64,000 nucleotides of DNA, taken from IMG/VR virus record IMGVR_UViG_3300028738_000008; one strand, given 5' to 3'. Origin of the DNA: a virus. Taxonomy: Duplodnaviria; Caudoviricetes. Below the pieces are notes generated by a model. That model ran no database searches, was not told the DNA's origin, and was given only the letters and a program-made list of their open reading frames with translations. A program made the position numbers and the translations under genes. Every line of letters begins with the position of its first letter. The stretch's first letter is position 1. This document shows, piece by piece, positions 8,062 to 18,000 of the stretch.

Positions 8062-11000
8062 TTAAATTTTAAATTCAATCTCTTTAACAGAACCTATAAG
8101 AAATAATGGTTTTCTGTAAGTTATCCAATTTTTTAAATTATTAGACATTTTTGCTGTTGCTCCATTTGACTTATTAACACCAATAGTTATATGTCTTTTG
8201 TCATTAATCGAACCAAATCCAGAAACGCCTACAGCCATAGTGTTATCGTCCATAGCATAACTATCGACCTTCAATCTTACGGTGTATCCTAGATATTTCT
8301 TATAAAAATCATCTATTTCACCAAAATTAATTGTCATATGATCGCCCACAAATTCAAATCCCTCTGGAAGCATACTAGCAAAGCTATCGTATAATTTCTT
8401 TTTAGATCTATCATCCAGCACAATAGCTGAATATGCTATAAATTTTTTACTCATAGGTTTAGTTTGTTCGGGTCTGTTTAGTACTTCATCAATTGGTTTA
8501 TCTTGCGGCGTTACGTCCTTGTAAAAATCGAGGTAGTATTTGTATTGAGGACTTTTTGATTTAATTCTTCTAAGATTTGCCATGATTGAGCCATCATTAG
8601 CATTTTCATCATTAAGGATTTCAACCTGTGCATCGCCAAGTCCAAAAGAGCTAGTGTTCCCGACTCTATGTAATAATGAGAATCTGTTTAAATTTTCTTC
8701 CGAATATAGGGCATAATTGTTGTCAAACATCCCAAGTGCCTCTGACATTCCACCATGAACAAACCATGAGTTCTTACCAGCCACATATAAATCGCCATTA
8801 GGATCGCCAATAGCTCTTACGTCCGCATCGAAATTATCCAATGATTTTGGATTTTTATAAATTGGTATACCCTTACGTTCAGTATCAACAACATATGCGA
8901 CAGGTTTTTCCAATTGGGTCTGTTTGTGTGCCTTAAAATCTCTCTCAAATTCTTTCTCTGGGTCTGGAATGCCAAATCTTTTTTCAGCATACTTATCACC
9001 AACGCCTTCATCCGTTACTGGCAACAATTTGTTTTTATCAAATGGCTTATTTAAGTCTATTCCGTCGCCGTCATAATATTGCTCATAGTATTTAAATTGT
9101 GGATTTTTTGTCGATAATTTATCAAACAATTTATCAATATCTGCACGTGCTGCTCTATTAACTCTCATATAGCCTTCGCTTGAATCGCTTAGTCCGAATG
9201 AATTTAGCTCACCCATTCTGTGCAATAAAACATATTTATCATAGTTTCTATATAATTCATAATTGCTATCTGCAAAAAATAATGATTGACCTATATTGCC
9301 GTGTACAAAATTACCATTTTTTTGTGCTACATAAAGATTACCGTCAGCATCAGACACTGCTCTAACATTATACTCAAAATTTGCAAGAGATTTCGGGTTT
9401 TTATAGATCGGTACTTTTTCTATCTTGTCATGACCATCAGCACTATAATCATAAATTGTTGAGTCAACAAACGCAACAGGTGTATTAGTCTGCGCTAACT
9501 GATTAGCATTATATTTTCTGTTGAACTCGCCCTCTGGGTCTGGAATGCCAAATCTTTTTTCGGCATACTTGTCAGCAACGCCCTCGTTTGCAACACTATC
9601 GTCTTTAATTGAGGTATCTTTGTCAATAGAAACATTTGTAAAGAGATTACTATAATATTTAAACTGAGGATTCTTTTTCATCAGATTCTTAAATATTGTT
9701 AAGCCTTCAATACGTCTTTCCTTATATGCATTCATGTAGCTGAAACTAGTATCGCCTAAGCCGAATGAATTAGTATTATCAACCCTATTGAGCAATAAAA
9801 ACTTATCCATGTGATCATAAATGTCATTTCCGCCGATTCTCAACGCTTTTGCCATATTCTCATGAACAAATGATCCATTTTTCTGTGCGACGTATATATT
9901 TCCGTCATAATCGGCAATTGCTCTTGTAGCTGGTTCAAAGTTACTTAAGGACTTTGGATTTTTATATATTCCGACATTCTCACGAGTGTTGTAAACATGA
10001 TTAGTGCTTCTAACATATGCAGCAGGCTGTTCTAATGTTGATTGTTTATGAGCATTGTATTTACTCTCATATTCGTTATCGGAATTTGGAATACCGAATT
10101 TCTTTTCAGCATATTTATCGCCGACGCCTTCCTGTTCAAGAGATTCAGATACCTGATGTAAATTAAAATTTTCACTTGTGGCATCTGGAATCGCTTCGCC
10201 AGAATTAGGATCAGTCGAGTTGCCAGCATTGAGATAATTAATAATATCCTCACGATTGTTTTTCAGCTTGTCAGTATATATTTTTAATAAAATTTCCTTA
10301 AACTTGTTCTTAATTTGTTCGCCTTTAAATCCTAGATTCATAAGGTCATTACCATTAACAGGTAAATCGGCATTTGACTTAGGGTATTTACCAGACAATA
10401 ATTCATCACATGCTATTTTTACAGGCATTGGAATTATATCCGATTTTAAAGACTCTGGATAAACGGCATACATGTTATAAGCAACTGATCTGGCTTTATA
10501 TATGTTGGCTGCGTCGTCCTTTGAGTCGAATGCTAGCTTCAATGCTTTTATTTCCTTATAGGTGTTGATATCGCCACGCAGTTTTGTTTTAAAAAATTCG
10601 TCAGGTGTATCGATTGTTTTGTCTAACAATAAGTAAATAAACTCGCCCATTGTTTTAGCATTTCTAAACAATTCAGCCTCAGAGTTAAAATTAACAACTG
10701 GATTAGTTCCAAATAATTGCTTATAAATGCCTGTTTCTACTAAAAGATTTGCACCGACTAAATGGTCACCCTTTTGAACTATCTTATCGAACTCTGTTAG
10801 AATCCTTTCAGACGGAATCTCTCTTATTTTCACAGCACTTCCCTGAATAGCTTTCATTGTTTCAGGTTCAATTGTGAACCCGAATCTTGATGCCATTTGA
10901 ACTGCTCTAAGCATTCTTAAAGGGTCTTCGGTAAAAGCTGATGGATCAACCATCCTAATTATCTTATTTTTTATATCGTTAACTCCTCCGAAAGGATCGA

Positions 11001-11931
11001 TTATATTTCCTTCGATATCGGTAGCAATTGCGTTAATCGTCAAGTCACGTCTTTTCAAGTCGTCTTCAATTGGCAACGTATGATCGGATTTTGTTTCAAT
11101 ACCTTTATGACCACCAGCACCTGTCGCTGTATCTGTTCTTGGAATTGCCACGTCTATATCCTCGGTGCTTCCTTTTGGTTTAAATTTCAATACTCCAAAA
11201 GACTTTCCTACAAGGTTTACCTGACCGTATTTACCCAAAATTTGTTCAAGCGTATCCATTGGGACGCCTGTAATCATTATGTCAAGGTCTTTAGATTCTT
11301 TGCCTAGATATTTATCACGCACAGCACCGCCGACAGAGTATATTTTACCACCCAGCTTCTCGATTTCGGCTGTAAAGGGAATCTGATCTAAGCTATAGAT
11401 TTCGGCTTCATCCAAATGATTAAAGTCGTCAGCAGTTCTCGTGTCAACAGGAACATTATTATAATGCTTTTTAATAAAATCGTCTATAGATTTTTTTGAA
11501 TAGCCAAATATTTCGCCGATTTCTCTGGCTTCCTCTGGCGACTTATCAGAAGCATATCCGCCATGACTGTTCATTATGTCACGAAGTCTCAAAGCCTTTT
11601 CTTTATTCGTATAAATAATATAAGACTTCTGGTCGCCTCTCTGAATTGGGAGAACATTGATATTATTATCGTTCAATTTCTTAATAATGTCTCTATTCAT
11701 GTCAACGATCAAGCCGACTTCCCTTTTACCATTAATAAGAGTATTCAAACTACCGTTTAGATCATAAGCGTCGCTAGCATCTATTTCTTCATTAACAATA
11801 GATTTTATAGTAAGATTACTGATATCGCCCTGATTACAAGCGGCTGACTTACCATTAAGTTTACCTAATTTACATTTGTCTTTTACTTCAACAGTTGAAG
11901 CACCCTTCATCCACGATAGTATTCTTTTCAT
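8062..11931 (-). CDS. multidomain protein: class II CCA-adding/poly(A)-polymerase-family nucleotidyltransferase + 3 tandem unknown domains + C-terminal 2H phosphoesterase
   Basis: VGGAVRD, KDLDI, RRDLTINA and EDPLRMLR motifs (aa ~195-345); three ~175-190 aa repeats (aa 601-1148); two HxT motifs (HMT, HIT) in aa 1149-1289. Confidence 0.85.
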   Translation of the reverse strand: MKRILSWMKGASTVEVKDKCKLGKLNGKSAACNQGDISNLTIKSIVNEEIDASDAYDLNGSLNTLINGKREVGLIVDMNRDIIKKLNDNNINVLPIQRGDQKSYIIYTNKEKALRLRDIMNSHGGYASDKSPEEAREIGEIFGYSKKSIDDFIKKHYNNVPVDTRTADDFNHLDEAEIYSLDQIPFTAEIEKLGGKIYSVGGAVRDKYLGKESKDLDIMITGVPMDTLEQILGKYGQVNLVGKSFGVLKFKPKGSTEDIDVAIPRTDTATGAGGHKGIETKSDHTLPIEDDLKRRDLTINAIATDIEGNIIDPFGGVNDIKNKIIRMVDPSAFTEDPLRMLRAVQMASRFGFTIEPETMKAIQGSAVKIREIPSERILTEFDKIVQKGDHLVGANLLVETGIYKQLFGTNPVVNFNSEAELFRNAKTMGEFIYLLLDKTIDTPDEFFKTKLRGDINTYKEIKALKLAFDSKDDAANIYKARSVAYNMYAVYPESLKSDIIPMPVKIACDELLSGKYPKSNADLPVNGNDLMNLGFKGEQIKNKFKEILLKIYTDKLKNNREDIINYLNAGNSTDPNSGEAIPDATSENFNLHQVSESLEQEGVGDKYAEKKFGIPNSDNEYESKYNAHKQSTLEQPAAYVRSTNHVYNTRENVGIYKNPKSLSNFEPATRAIADYDGNIYVAQKNGSFVHENMAKALRIGGNDIYDHMDKFLLLNRVDNTNSFGLGDTSFSYMNAYKERRIEGLTIFKNLMKKNPQFKYYSNLFTNVSIDKDTSIKDDSVANEGVADKYAEKRFGIPDPEGEFNRKYNANQLAQTNTPVAFVDSTIYDYSADGHDKIEKVPIYKNPKSLANFEYNVRAVSDADGNLYVAQKNGNFVHGNIGQSLFFADSNYELYRNYDKYVLLHRMGELNSFGLSDSSEGYMRVNRAARADIDKLFDKLSTKNPQFKYYEQYYDGDGIDLNKPFDKNKLLPVTDEGVGDKYAEKRFGIPDPEKEFERDFKAHKQTQLEKPVAYVVDTERKGIPIYKNPKSLDNFDADVRAIGDPNGDLYVAGKNSWFVHGGMSEALGMFDNNYALYSEENLNRFSLLHRVGNTSSFGLGDAQVEILNDENANDGSIMANLRRIKSKSPQYKYYLDFYKDVTPQDKPIDEVLNRPEQTKPMSKKFIAYSAIVLDDRSKKKLYDSFASMLPEGFEFVGDHMTINFGEIDDFYKKYLGYTVRLKVDSYAMDDNTMAVGVSGFGSINDKRHITIGVNKSNGATAKMSNNLKNWITYRKPLFLIGSVKEIEFKI
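8488..10131 (-). repeat. three tandem protein-level repeats (8488-9009, 9010-9585, 9586-10131)
   Basis: Each begins EGV(G/A)DKYAEK(K/R)FGIP and contains IYKNPKSLxNF, RAxxDxxG(N/D)xYVA, FVH, (N/S)SFGL and K(N/S)PQ(F/Y)KYY. Confidence 0.95.
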
Positions 11932-11940
11932 GCGATTAAA

Positions 11941-12594
11941 TTATTTCTTTGCCTTCTGATTGTTCTGAATTTCTCTGATAGCCTCTATTACCATTGTGCG
12001 AATAGTGTCACGATTTTCCTGAATACCTTTCTTAATTCTCTCATTACTATACATTTCAAGCAATGTTGAGTTGATAGTATCTTCCATCAAGACTTCAAGA
12101 TTTTCTGCCAAATATGCCGCAACTAATTTCTCAATGTTTGCACTGGTTGTACCAGCATTAGGACTATTGACGATCTTTTCCTTTATTTCAGGAGAAGCGA
12201 ATTCGGTAATACTTTCAGCTAGAGTTCTATTTGATTTCTTTCCAAAATTTTCAAACAATTTTTCGTCTCTATCTCTATTATCAATGTTGACAGGTGGTCT
12301 TGTTGCTGCCCTTGGTGTAGGTGTCGTATTTGATATAATATCGGGCGATTCGTTTACAATCTTCCTGTAGTCATTTTGCAATTCATTAGGATCTTTTTTC
12401 TCAGCCAAAAGTTCAATTACTTTGGTTGCATGTGATGGACGACCAGAGTCACGTGATTTCAATAAACTATTTAAAAAGAAGTCTTTAGGTGTCCCTGTTG
12501 CTTCCGTTATTCCCAATGACGCATTTCTTGCGGCTTGGCTTTCATCGATTGCTTTACGTAAACCGTTTAAATCGATATTACTGTTCTTTGCCAT
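11941..12594 (-). CDS. hypothetical protein
   Basis: 217 aa ORF in the late operon. Confidence 0.8.
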   Translation of the reverse strand: MAKNSNIDLNGLRKAIDESQAARNASLGITEATGTPKDFFLNSLLKSRDSGRPSHATKVIELLAEKKDPNELQNDYRKIVNESPDIISNTTPTPRAATRPPVNIDNRDRDEKLFENFGKKSNRTLAESITEFASPEIKEKIVNSPNAGTTSANIEKLVAAYLAENLEVLMEDTINSTLLEMYSNERIKKGIQENRDTIRTMVIEAIREIQNNQKAKK

Positions 12595-12620
12595 AAAATA
12601 TTCTATTAATTATTTTGCTG

Positions 12621-13490
12621 CTATTTCTTCAAACTATCGAAATAAGTCACAGCTTTATTATGCATGTTGTCACGAAAGCTTTTATCGTTAATTACCTTCG
12701 GGGCATTTAATTTAGCGTAAAGATCAGCGAGATTTCCTATTATGGATTCTTTAGGAACTCTAGTATCGTTAGCATTTCGCAAAGATACACCATTTTTATC
12801 ATTTACCACTATATAATTTCTTGCAGGCTTATGTTTTACTTTAGTTACTGCATTATAAAAATCCTTTATATCATTTGGATTTGACGTTGGCTTTTGCATA
12901 TCCAATGGCTCTTGTGTTTCAGGTGTAATGGTTGCCGCTGTTGTAGCAGGCTTGACCTTATCTATATTGCTACCATTAGGTGTCTCAGTTTCAGGCGCAT
13001 TTGTTACGCCGCCTATCTTAACAGACGCCATTACGCCACCCATCATTTGCTTATCATTCGGGTTATACACGTCAGGGATATCCTCTGGCGCAACGCTAAA
13101 ATGCTTACCAGTTGGTAATGCCGATGTTATATAATCTAATCTGAATAATCTCCATGCTGGTTTTTCACCAGACTTATTCGTTTTTGTGTCTGTATGATTC
13201 TGAAATTCGTGATTATTTCTACGTCTCTTACCTAATCCGCTAAAAGAATCGCTTGATCCACTTTCTTGCCATGCCCTAACAACTAAATCGCCATTCCTTG
13301 TCTTTCCTATAACAAAAGGCTTAATAATTCTATAGCCTTTCAATGTCGTATCTGGCGATGCATAATAAATGTACAGGTATTTATTATTCTCGATAGCATC
13401 AATAAATATATTGGCACTAACGGACTCATTCAGGATACCACGAAAGGTGTGAATGTTTTCGAAAAATATTTTTAGTTCATTAAGAAACAT
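12621..13490 (-). CDS. WYL-domain-like protein
   Basis: IDAIENNKYLYIYY..GYRIIKPFVIG..VVRAWQ..WRLFRLDYITS matches the WYL pattern; no HTH; low-complexity Pro/Thr linker. Confidence 0.7.
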   Translation of the reverse strand: MFLNELKIFFENIHTFRGILNESVSANIFIDAIENNKYLYIYYASPDTTLKGYRIIKPFVIGKTRNGDLVVRAWQESGSSDSFSGLGKRRRNNHEFQNHTDTKTNKSGEKPAWRLFRLDYITSALPTGKHFSVAPEDIPDVYNPNDKQMMGGVMASVKIGGVTNAPETETPNGSNIDKVKPATTAATITPETQEPLDMQKPTSNPNDIKDFYNAVTKVKHKPARNYIVVNDKNGVSLRNANDTRVPKESIIGNLADLYAKLNAPKVINDKSFRDNMHNKAVTYFDSLKK

Positions 13491-13492
13491 AA

Positions 13493-13735
13493 TTAAGCGT
13501 TCGATTGATTATACTCGTTTGCGCCTGACTTATACTTACTTCTGGCAAGTAATTTTTTTCTGGTTTCAATATCAGTTTTACTTCCAATTGATCCATTCAA
13601 TTCACCCTTACCCTTTTCATCGCCGTCAGATAATGCATTCTTATTTGTTAAATTGTACTCACTATTCTTAGTGTAGGTACTTTTATTTACGTTTTCGTTT
13701 CTAAACGAAGTGCTCATGTCTTCTAGTCTGCTCAT
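13493..13735 (-). CDS. hypothetical protein
   Basis: 80 aa ORF tightly packed between the Nudix and WYL genes. Confidence 0.7.
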   Translation of the reverse strand: MSRLEDMSTSFRNENVNKSTYTKNSEYNLTNKNALSDGDEKGKGELNGSIGSKTDIETRKKLLARSKYKSGANEYNQSNA

Positions 13736-13749
13736 AATGTTTTTGTTAT

Positions 13750-14451
13750 TTAATTATAATTTTTAAAGCATATTGTTATGTATTCAATCAAATTTGGAAC
13801 TGTGTCCAAATGTTTCATGCCCTCAATGGTATACCAACCAAAAGTCGAATGTTCATCATTCAGTTTAATTTTGTCAATATCGCCAGTATATCTGCTTGCA
13901 AATATGTGTTCACAATTAATTGTGTTATCATATATTCTTTCAAGCGTTAATCTTTTTATAAAATTGTCGAGAGCTATACCAGTTTCTTCGAATGTTTCCC
14001 TTTTGCATGCCTGCTCAGGAGTTTCGTCATCTTCAATTTTTCCACCTGCCAATCCATATTTATTAGCTGCCCAACAATTATTCCCACGTTTAAGCAATAG
14101 AAATTCATTGTTTTCGTTAACAATGATTGCCAACGCATTTTCCTGTTTTTGAAAATCATCACTTTCATTTAATGCACCTATTTCAATTTTTCTTGCCGAT
14201 CCCAATGCTGTATCAACGAAATTTTTCATATCTTCGCCGCCAGCTAATAGATACTGAACATCGTTTGCGCCCATGCTTGCTAAATCATGTTTCAGTCTTT
14301 TTAATGCCTGATATGTTAATGATCCATTTTTCAGAATGAACTTAGCTCTACGAATTCCATCACTGTCAGGATATCTTGTAATAGCAGCACTTATAACGTT
14401 TAATACATTCTTTGGCACTGCAAAATTTTTACCGTATAATTCGCTATTCAT
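13750..14451 (-). CDS. Nudix hydrolase with N-terminal extension
   Basis: Nudix box GGKIEDDETPEQACKRETFEETGI (GX5EX7REUXEEXGU); about 95 aa N-terminal domain. Confidence 0.9.
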   Translation of the reverse strand: MNSELYGKNFAVPKNVLNVISAAITRYPDSDGIRRAKFILKNGSLTYQALKRLKHDLASMGANDVQYLLAGGEDMKNFVDTALGSARKIEIGALNESDDFQKQENALAIIVNENNEFLLLKRGNNCWAANKYGLAGGKIEDDETPEQACKRETFEETGIALDNFIKRLTLERIYDNTINCEHIFASRYTGDIDKIKLNDEHSTFGWYTIEGMKHLDTVPNLIEYITICFKNYN

Positions 14452-15050
14452 TATTTACTAACCTCTATTAGATTCTTCAATTTATTTTTTGAGCCATTGT
14501 CTAGCTTGTTAATCAGACCAGCTATCTTTGTAACACTTTTGTCCGTAATATCCCTATCATTAGATTTTGCTGATAGAAAATTATCAATCTTTTTATCGAC
14601 GATGGTATCTTCATCTACAATAGACTCGTCCACACTTGAAGGCTTATCGCCGAATTTTTTTACAATCTCTTTAGCATACACCTCGAAGTACTTAACGACA
14701 TCCTTTGATATGGTTTCCTTTTCGGTATAAATTCTAAAATCGTTTTTCAAGCTATTAGGGTTCTTATAGTAATGTTTCATAAGTTCCTCATAGAATTTAC
14801 GGAGAATTTCAAGCGTATCTGTTAAGTCTTTATTCTTCTCGTCAGAGCCTTCGCCCTCAAAAAATGGTAGCATGACAGAACCAAAATATCCCATCATGCT
14901 ATCACCGAAAGGTTGATGCCCTACAGCCATATTATAGTCAGTAATTTTTTTAGAAACTGTGCTCATATTTGGGCCAGTTTTTGGTACATTATCGCTGCCA
15001 ATAAGACCGCCGTCAGCATCTATAACTTCATTTATAAGAATAACTTTCAT
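14451..15050 (-). CDS. hypothetical protein (candidate head protein)
   Basis: 199 aa, first gene after a GTATTTATAT motif. Confidence 0.75.
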   Translation of the reverse strand: MKVILINEVIDADGGLIGSDNVPKTGPNMSTVSKKITDYNMAVGHQPFGDSMMGYFGSVMLPFFEGEGSDEKNKDLTDTLEILRKFYEELMKHYYKNPNSLKNDFRIYTEKETISKDVVKYFEVYAKEIVKKFGDKPSSVDESIVDEDTIVDKKIDNFLSAKSNDRDITDKSVTKIAGLINKLDNGSKNKLKNLIEVSK

Positions 15051-15068
15051 GATAATTCGAGTAATTTT

Positions 15069-15078
15069 ATATAAATAC
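15069..15078 (-). promoter_or_regulatory. putative late promoter GTATTTATAT
   Basis: Exact motif 18 nt upstream of the ATG at 15050. Confidence 0.65.
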
Positions 15079-15099
15079 TCGAATCAAAATAATAATTCA

Positions 15100-18000
15100 T
15101 CAAATTGAGTCAACATCAATAGCATCTGGATCATCTGGCTGATTGGCTGTTTCAAGACCAGTGATATAGCCGTCTAGCATATCCAAAGATTCTTCGCCAA
15201 ATTTTGCTACAAATGCATCCAAATCCATTTTTGCATCAATATTAAATTCCTTTTTAAACTTTTTAAAATATCGAGTCCTTTTATTCAGTTTATTTTCGAG
15301 AAATACCTCTTTATCAGTCTTTTCCTTCGAAGCCACCTTGAGATTTTCAAGTTTATTTTCGATTGCTTTGCGCTTTTCTTCTATCAGTAATTCAGTCTCG
15401 GTTTTAGGTATATCCTTAACCTCTTTGATAATTTTTATATATGTGCCATTAAAATGACCGACTAAATATTTGAGACTGTTTTTTATCAGAATGATATCGC
15501 CCTTTTCATGTTTCTCATTAATCGATTTGATTAACGGTAAATTTGAGGCGATCATTTTATCATTAAGATATTTTAATGCACTCTCATAGACTTCAAAATA
15601 AACCTGATTCTCAGGGGTCATGATGAATCCATCCCATATTAATCGAGGGTCATAGCCTGTTTTATTCCAGAAGATTGCTTCACGATCTTCAAGCTGTAAA
15701 GCTTCTTGAACACTATCCAAATCATATGAGCCTAAAGTCAATTGCTCGTCAGTGAAAACATTTCTACTCAATTCAGTTACGACAACATTTTCGCCAAAAC
15801 TGTTTTTCATTTTTTTAGTCACTATTTTCGATAAAATTTGACCAACGATCTCAGGATTGAATCCAGCAAACAGTATTTCAGCTCTTTTATTGAAAGCAGC
15901 AAGGTATTTCTGAACATTATAAGAACCTGTCATATCTGGATTTAAAGCCAAATCTTTAGCATTGATCAACTTAGAGTATAGTTTGCCTGTAACTTTATCC
16001 CTTCCAGAACTGCTATCAGCGGCTTTCAAACCTGTATTAATTTGATAAACAACGCTATCAATTTCAGGTTCTGGCGGCATATAATTCGAAACAAGTTTCA
16101 TCTTATCGTCGATAGTAAGACCTTCTTCCGAAGTTTCTCCCAGCAACTCTGCTTTATGTAGCTCGAATAAATCAGAGGCGATCTTTTCACGTTCTTCAAT
16201 CAAGAGTTCCATATGCGCTTGCATACCCTTCTTACCACCGTTCTTATTGCATCCACGATTAATATATTGCTCAAGTTTAACCTTGACCTTATTTTTACTA
16301 GCAATCTTCTTCAATGGTATGCGTTGATAATAAATCATATCAACGTAATCATAATAATAATTAACAAATTCAGGGCCCTTACCATGTAATACCATGTCCA
16401 TGCCTTTGTCAATAAAGTCCTCAATATATTCAGGCATTACCTTTGATTTAATGGTAACTCCAACCATTTTAATCTTTTCCTTTGTCTTACCAGTTTTCTT
16501 ATCCTTGTATTCGGACATGATAGCATAATTGTTTCTCGACAAATTTAAGCATGAAACATATTCGCCGTCATTATCAACGCTGATATGACTCACCTTGTCT
16601 CTGGCTTTAGCTGCAAGTTGTTCTTGATCGTTATATTTATCGATCAAGGCAGTGATACCAGTTTTGCCTTTGAATTTCCACGCTTCCTCAATAGGAATTT
16701 CTACCTCTGAAATATAGTCGGCAACTTCCAAATTATCACCAATAATAATATTGCTTACGTCAGGAATCTGAAAATTGATACCATCAGTGATTGCAAGCAG
16801 CGGTACGCACTTATAATCGCTAAACCATGCCATTGCATGTCTTAAGTGTAATCGTCCAGTACAAGTGATCCTAGCGGCACAAACGTTATCCGACCAATTG
16901 AATGAAACACCTGAACCCAACGCACCGAATAGTGAGTTATTAAGAATCTTGATAGGCAACTGTTTAATCTTAAACATGGCTCTATCATGTTCAGTTAGTG
17001 TACCGTCGATGAACTTTTTATAGGTATCATGGTCAAGTTCACTCAGTAACATAATTTCTTCCTGATTAATTTCGTCGCTATTAGCCAATTTTTTATAAAT
17101 ATTTCTGGTTGTTGTCATATAGAACAACATTTTTTTAATAACGCCAGTAATGTCAAAAATTGGGAATATATCATCTGTCAACTGAATCATCGGGTACAAT
17201 GAAGCGTAGTCAATCTTAACCCATCTTTTTGTAAAGCCTGTTTTAAAACATCTTGATAAACCGCCAGAGAAGCCGTCTTTCTTTTCAGAATACGGAATCG
17301 CCACGCCATTATCATTACTCCATGCAGTTAGCAATAGATTCCAAATAGAAGCTGTTCCCATCGTACAAACACGTTGATATGTGGTTGGCACGATCTTGGC
17401 AAGCATGAACGACGATTGATTATACAATTCATCGACTTGCTCCGTTTCCCATAAGTCATCAAGAAGATACTGCTTAATCAAATTTTTACCATTGATTAGC
17501 TTAAGCATCTTATTAGGAATTGCAGTTGCTCTAAACCACTCAACAAAGGCTTTGTTCTCAACGAACAGTTTTTTCTTTGTTTCATTGTATTGTGTTTCAG
17601 AAAACTGATCCTTATATGCCTGTAATTTATACAGATTCTTTGCAACGTCCTGAAATTCGTCTGGAACTACTTCATATTCGTTTGTTTCGCCAATGATAAA
17701 TATTTTGTTCTGAAAGTAAAAATTCGAGATATTGTTACCCTCGCCTTCAACATAAGTTCTATTCGCTTTGGCGATACCCTCATGTTTTGCGATGTATTTC
17801 AATTTGGTATTCTTTATTTCGGTATTCACAGCGGCAGTTCTTTTTGCTGCATGCATAATATCTATTATGGAGAATCCCCACATTTCCGTAGCTGTAAATC
17901 TGTCAGACGTGTTACCGTATTTAACAGAAACATTTGGTCTTCTTCTGATCGGAACGTTTCTTCTATCAACAGACGTTGGAATCGCCGCTAAATCCATATT

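Noticed and set aside
8488-10131. CRISPR array or DGR template/variable repeat pair
   Set aside because: The repeats are in-frame, protein-level and diverged at all bases, not adenine-specific; there are no spacers and no reverse transcriptase in the window.
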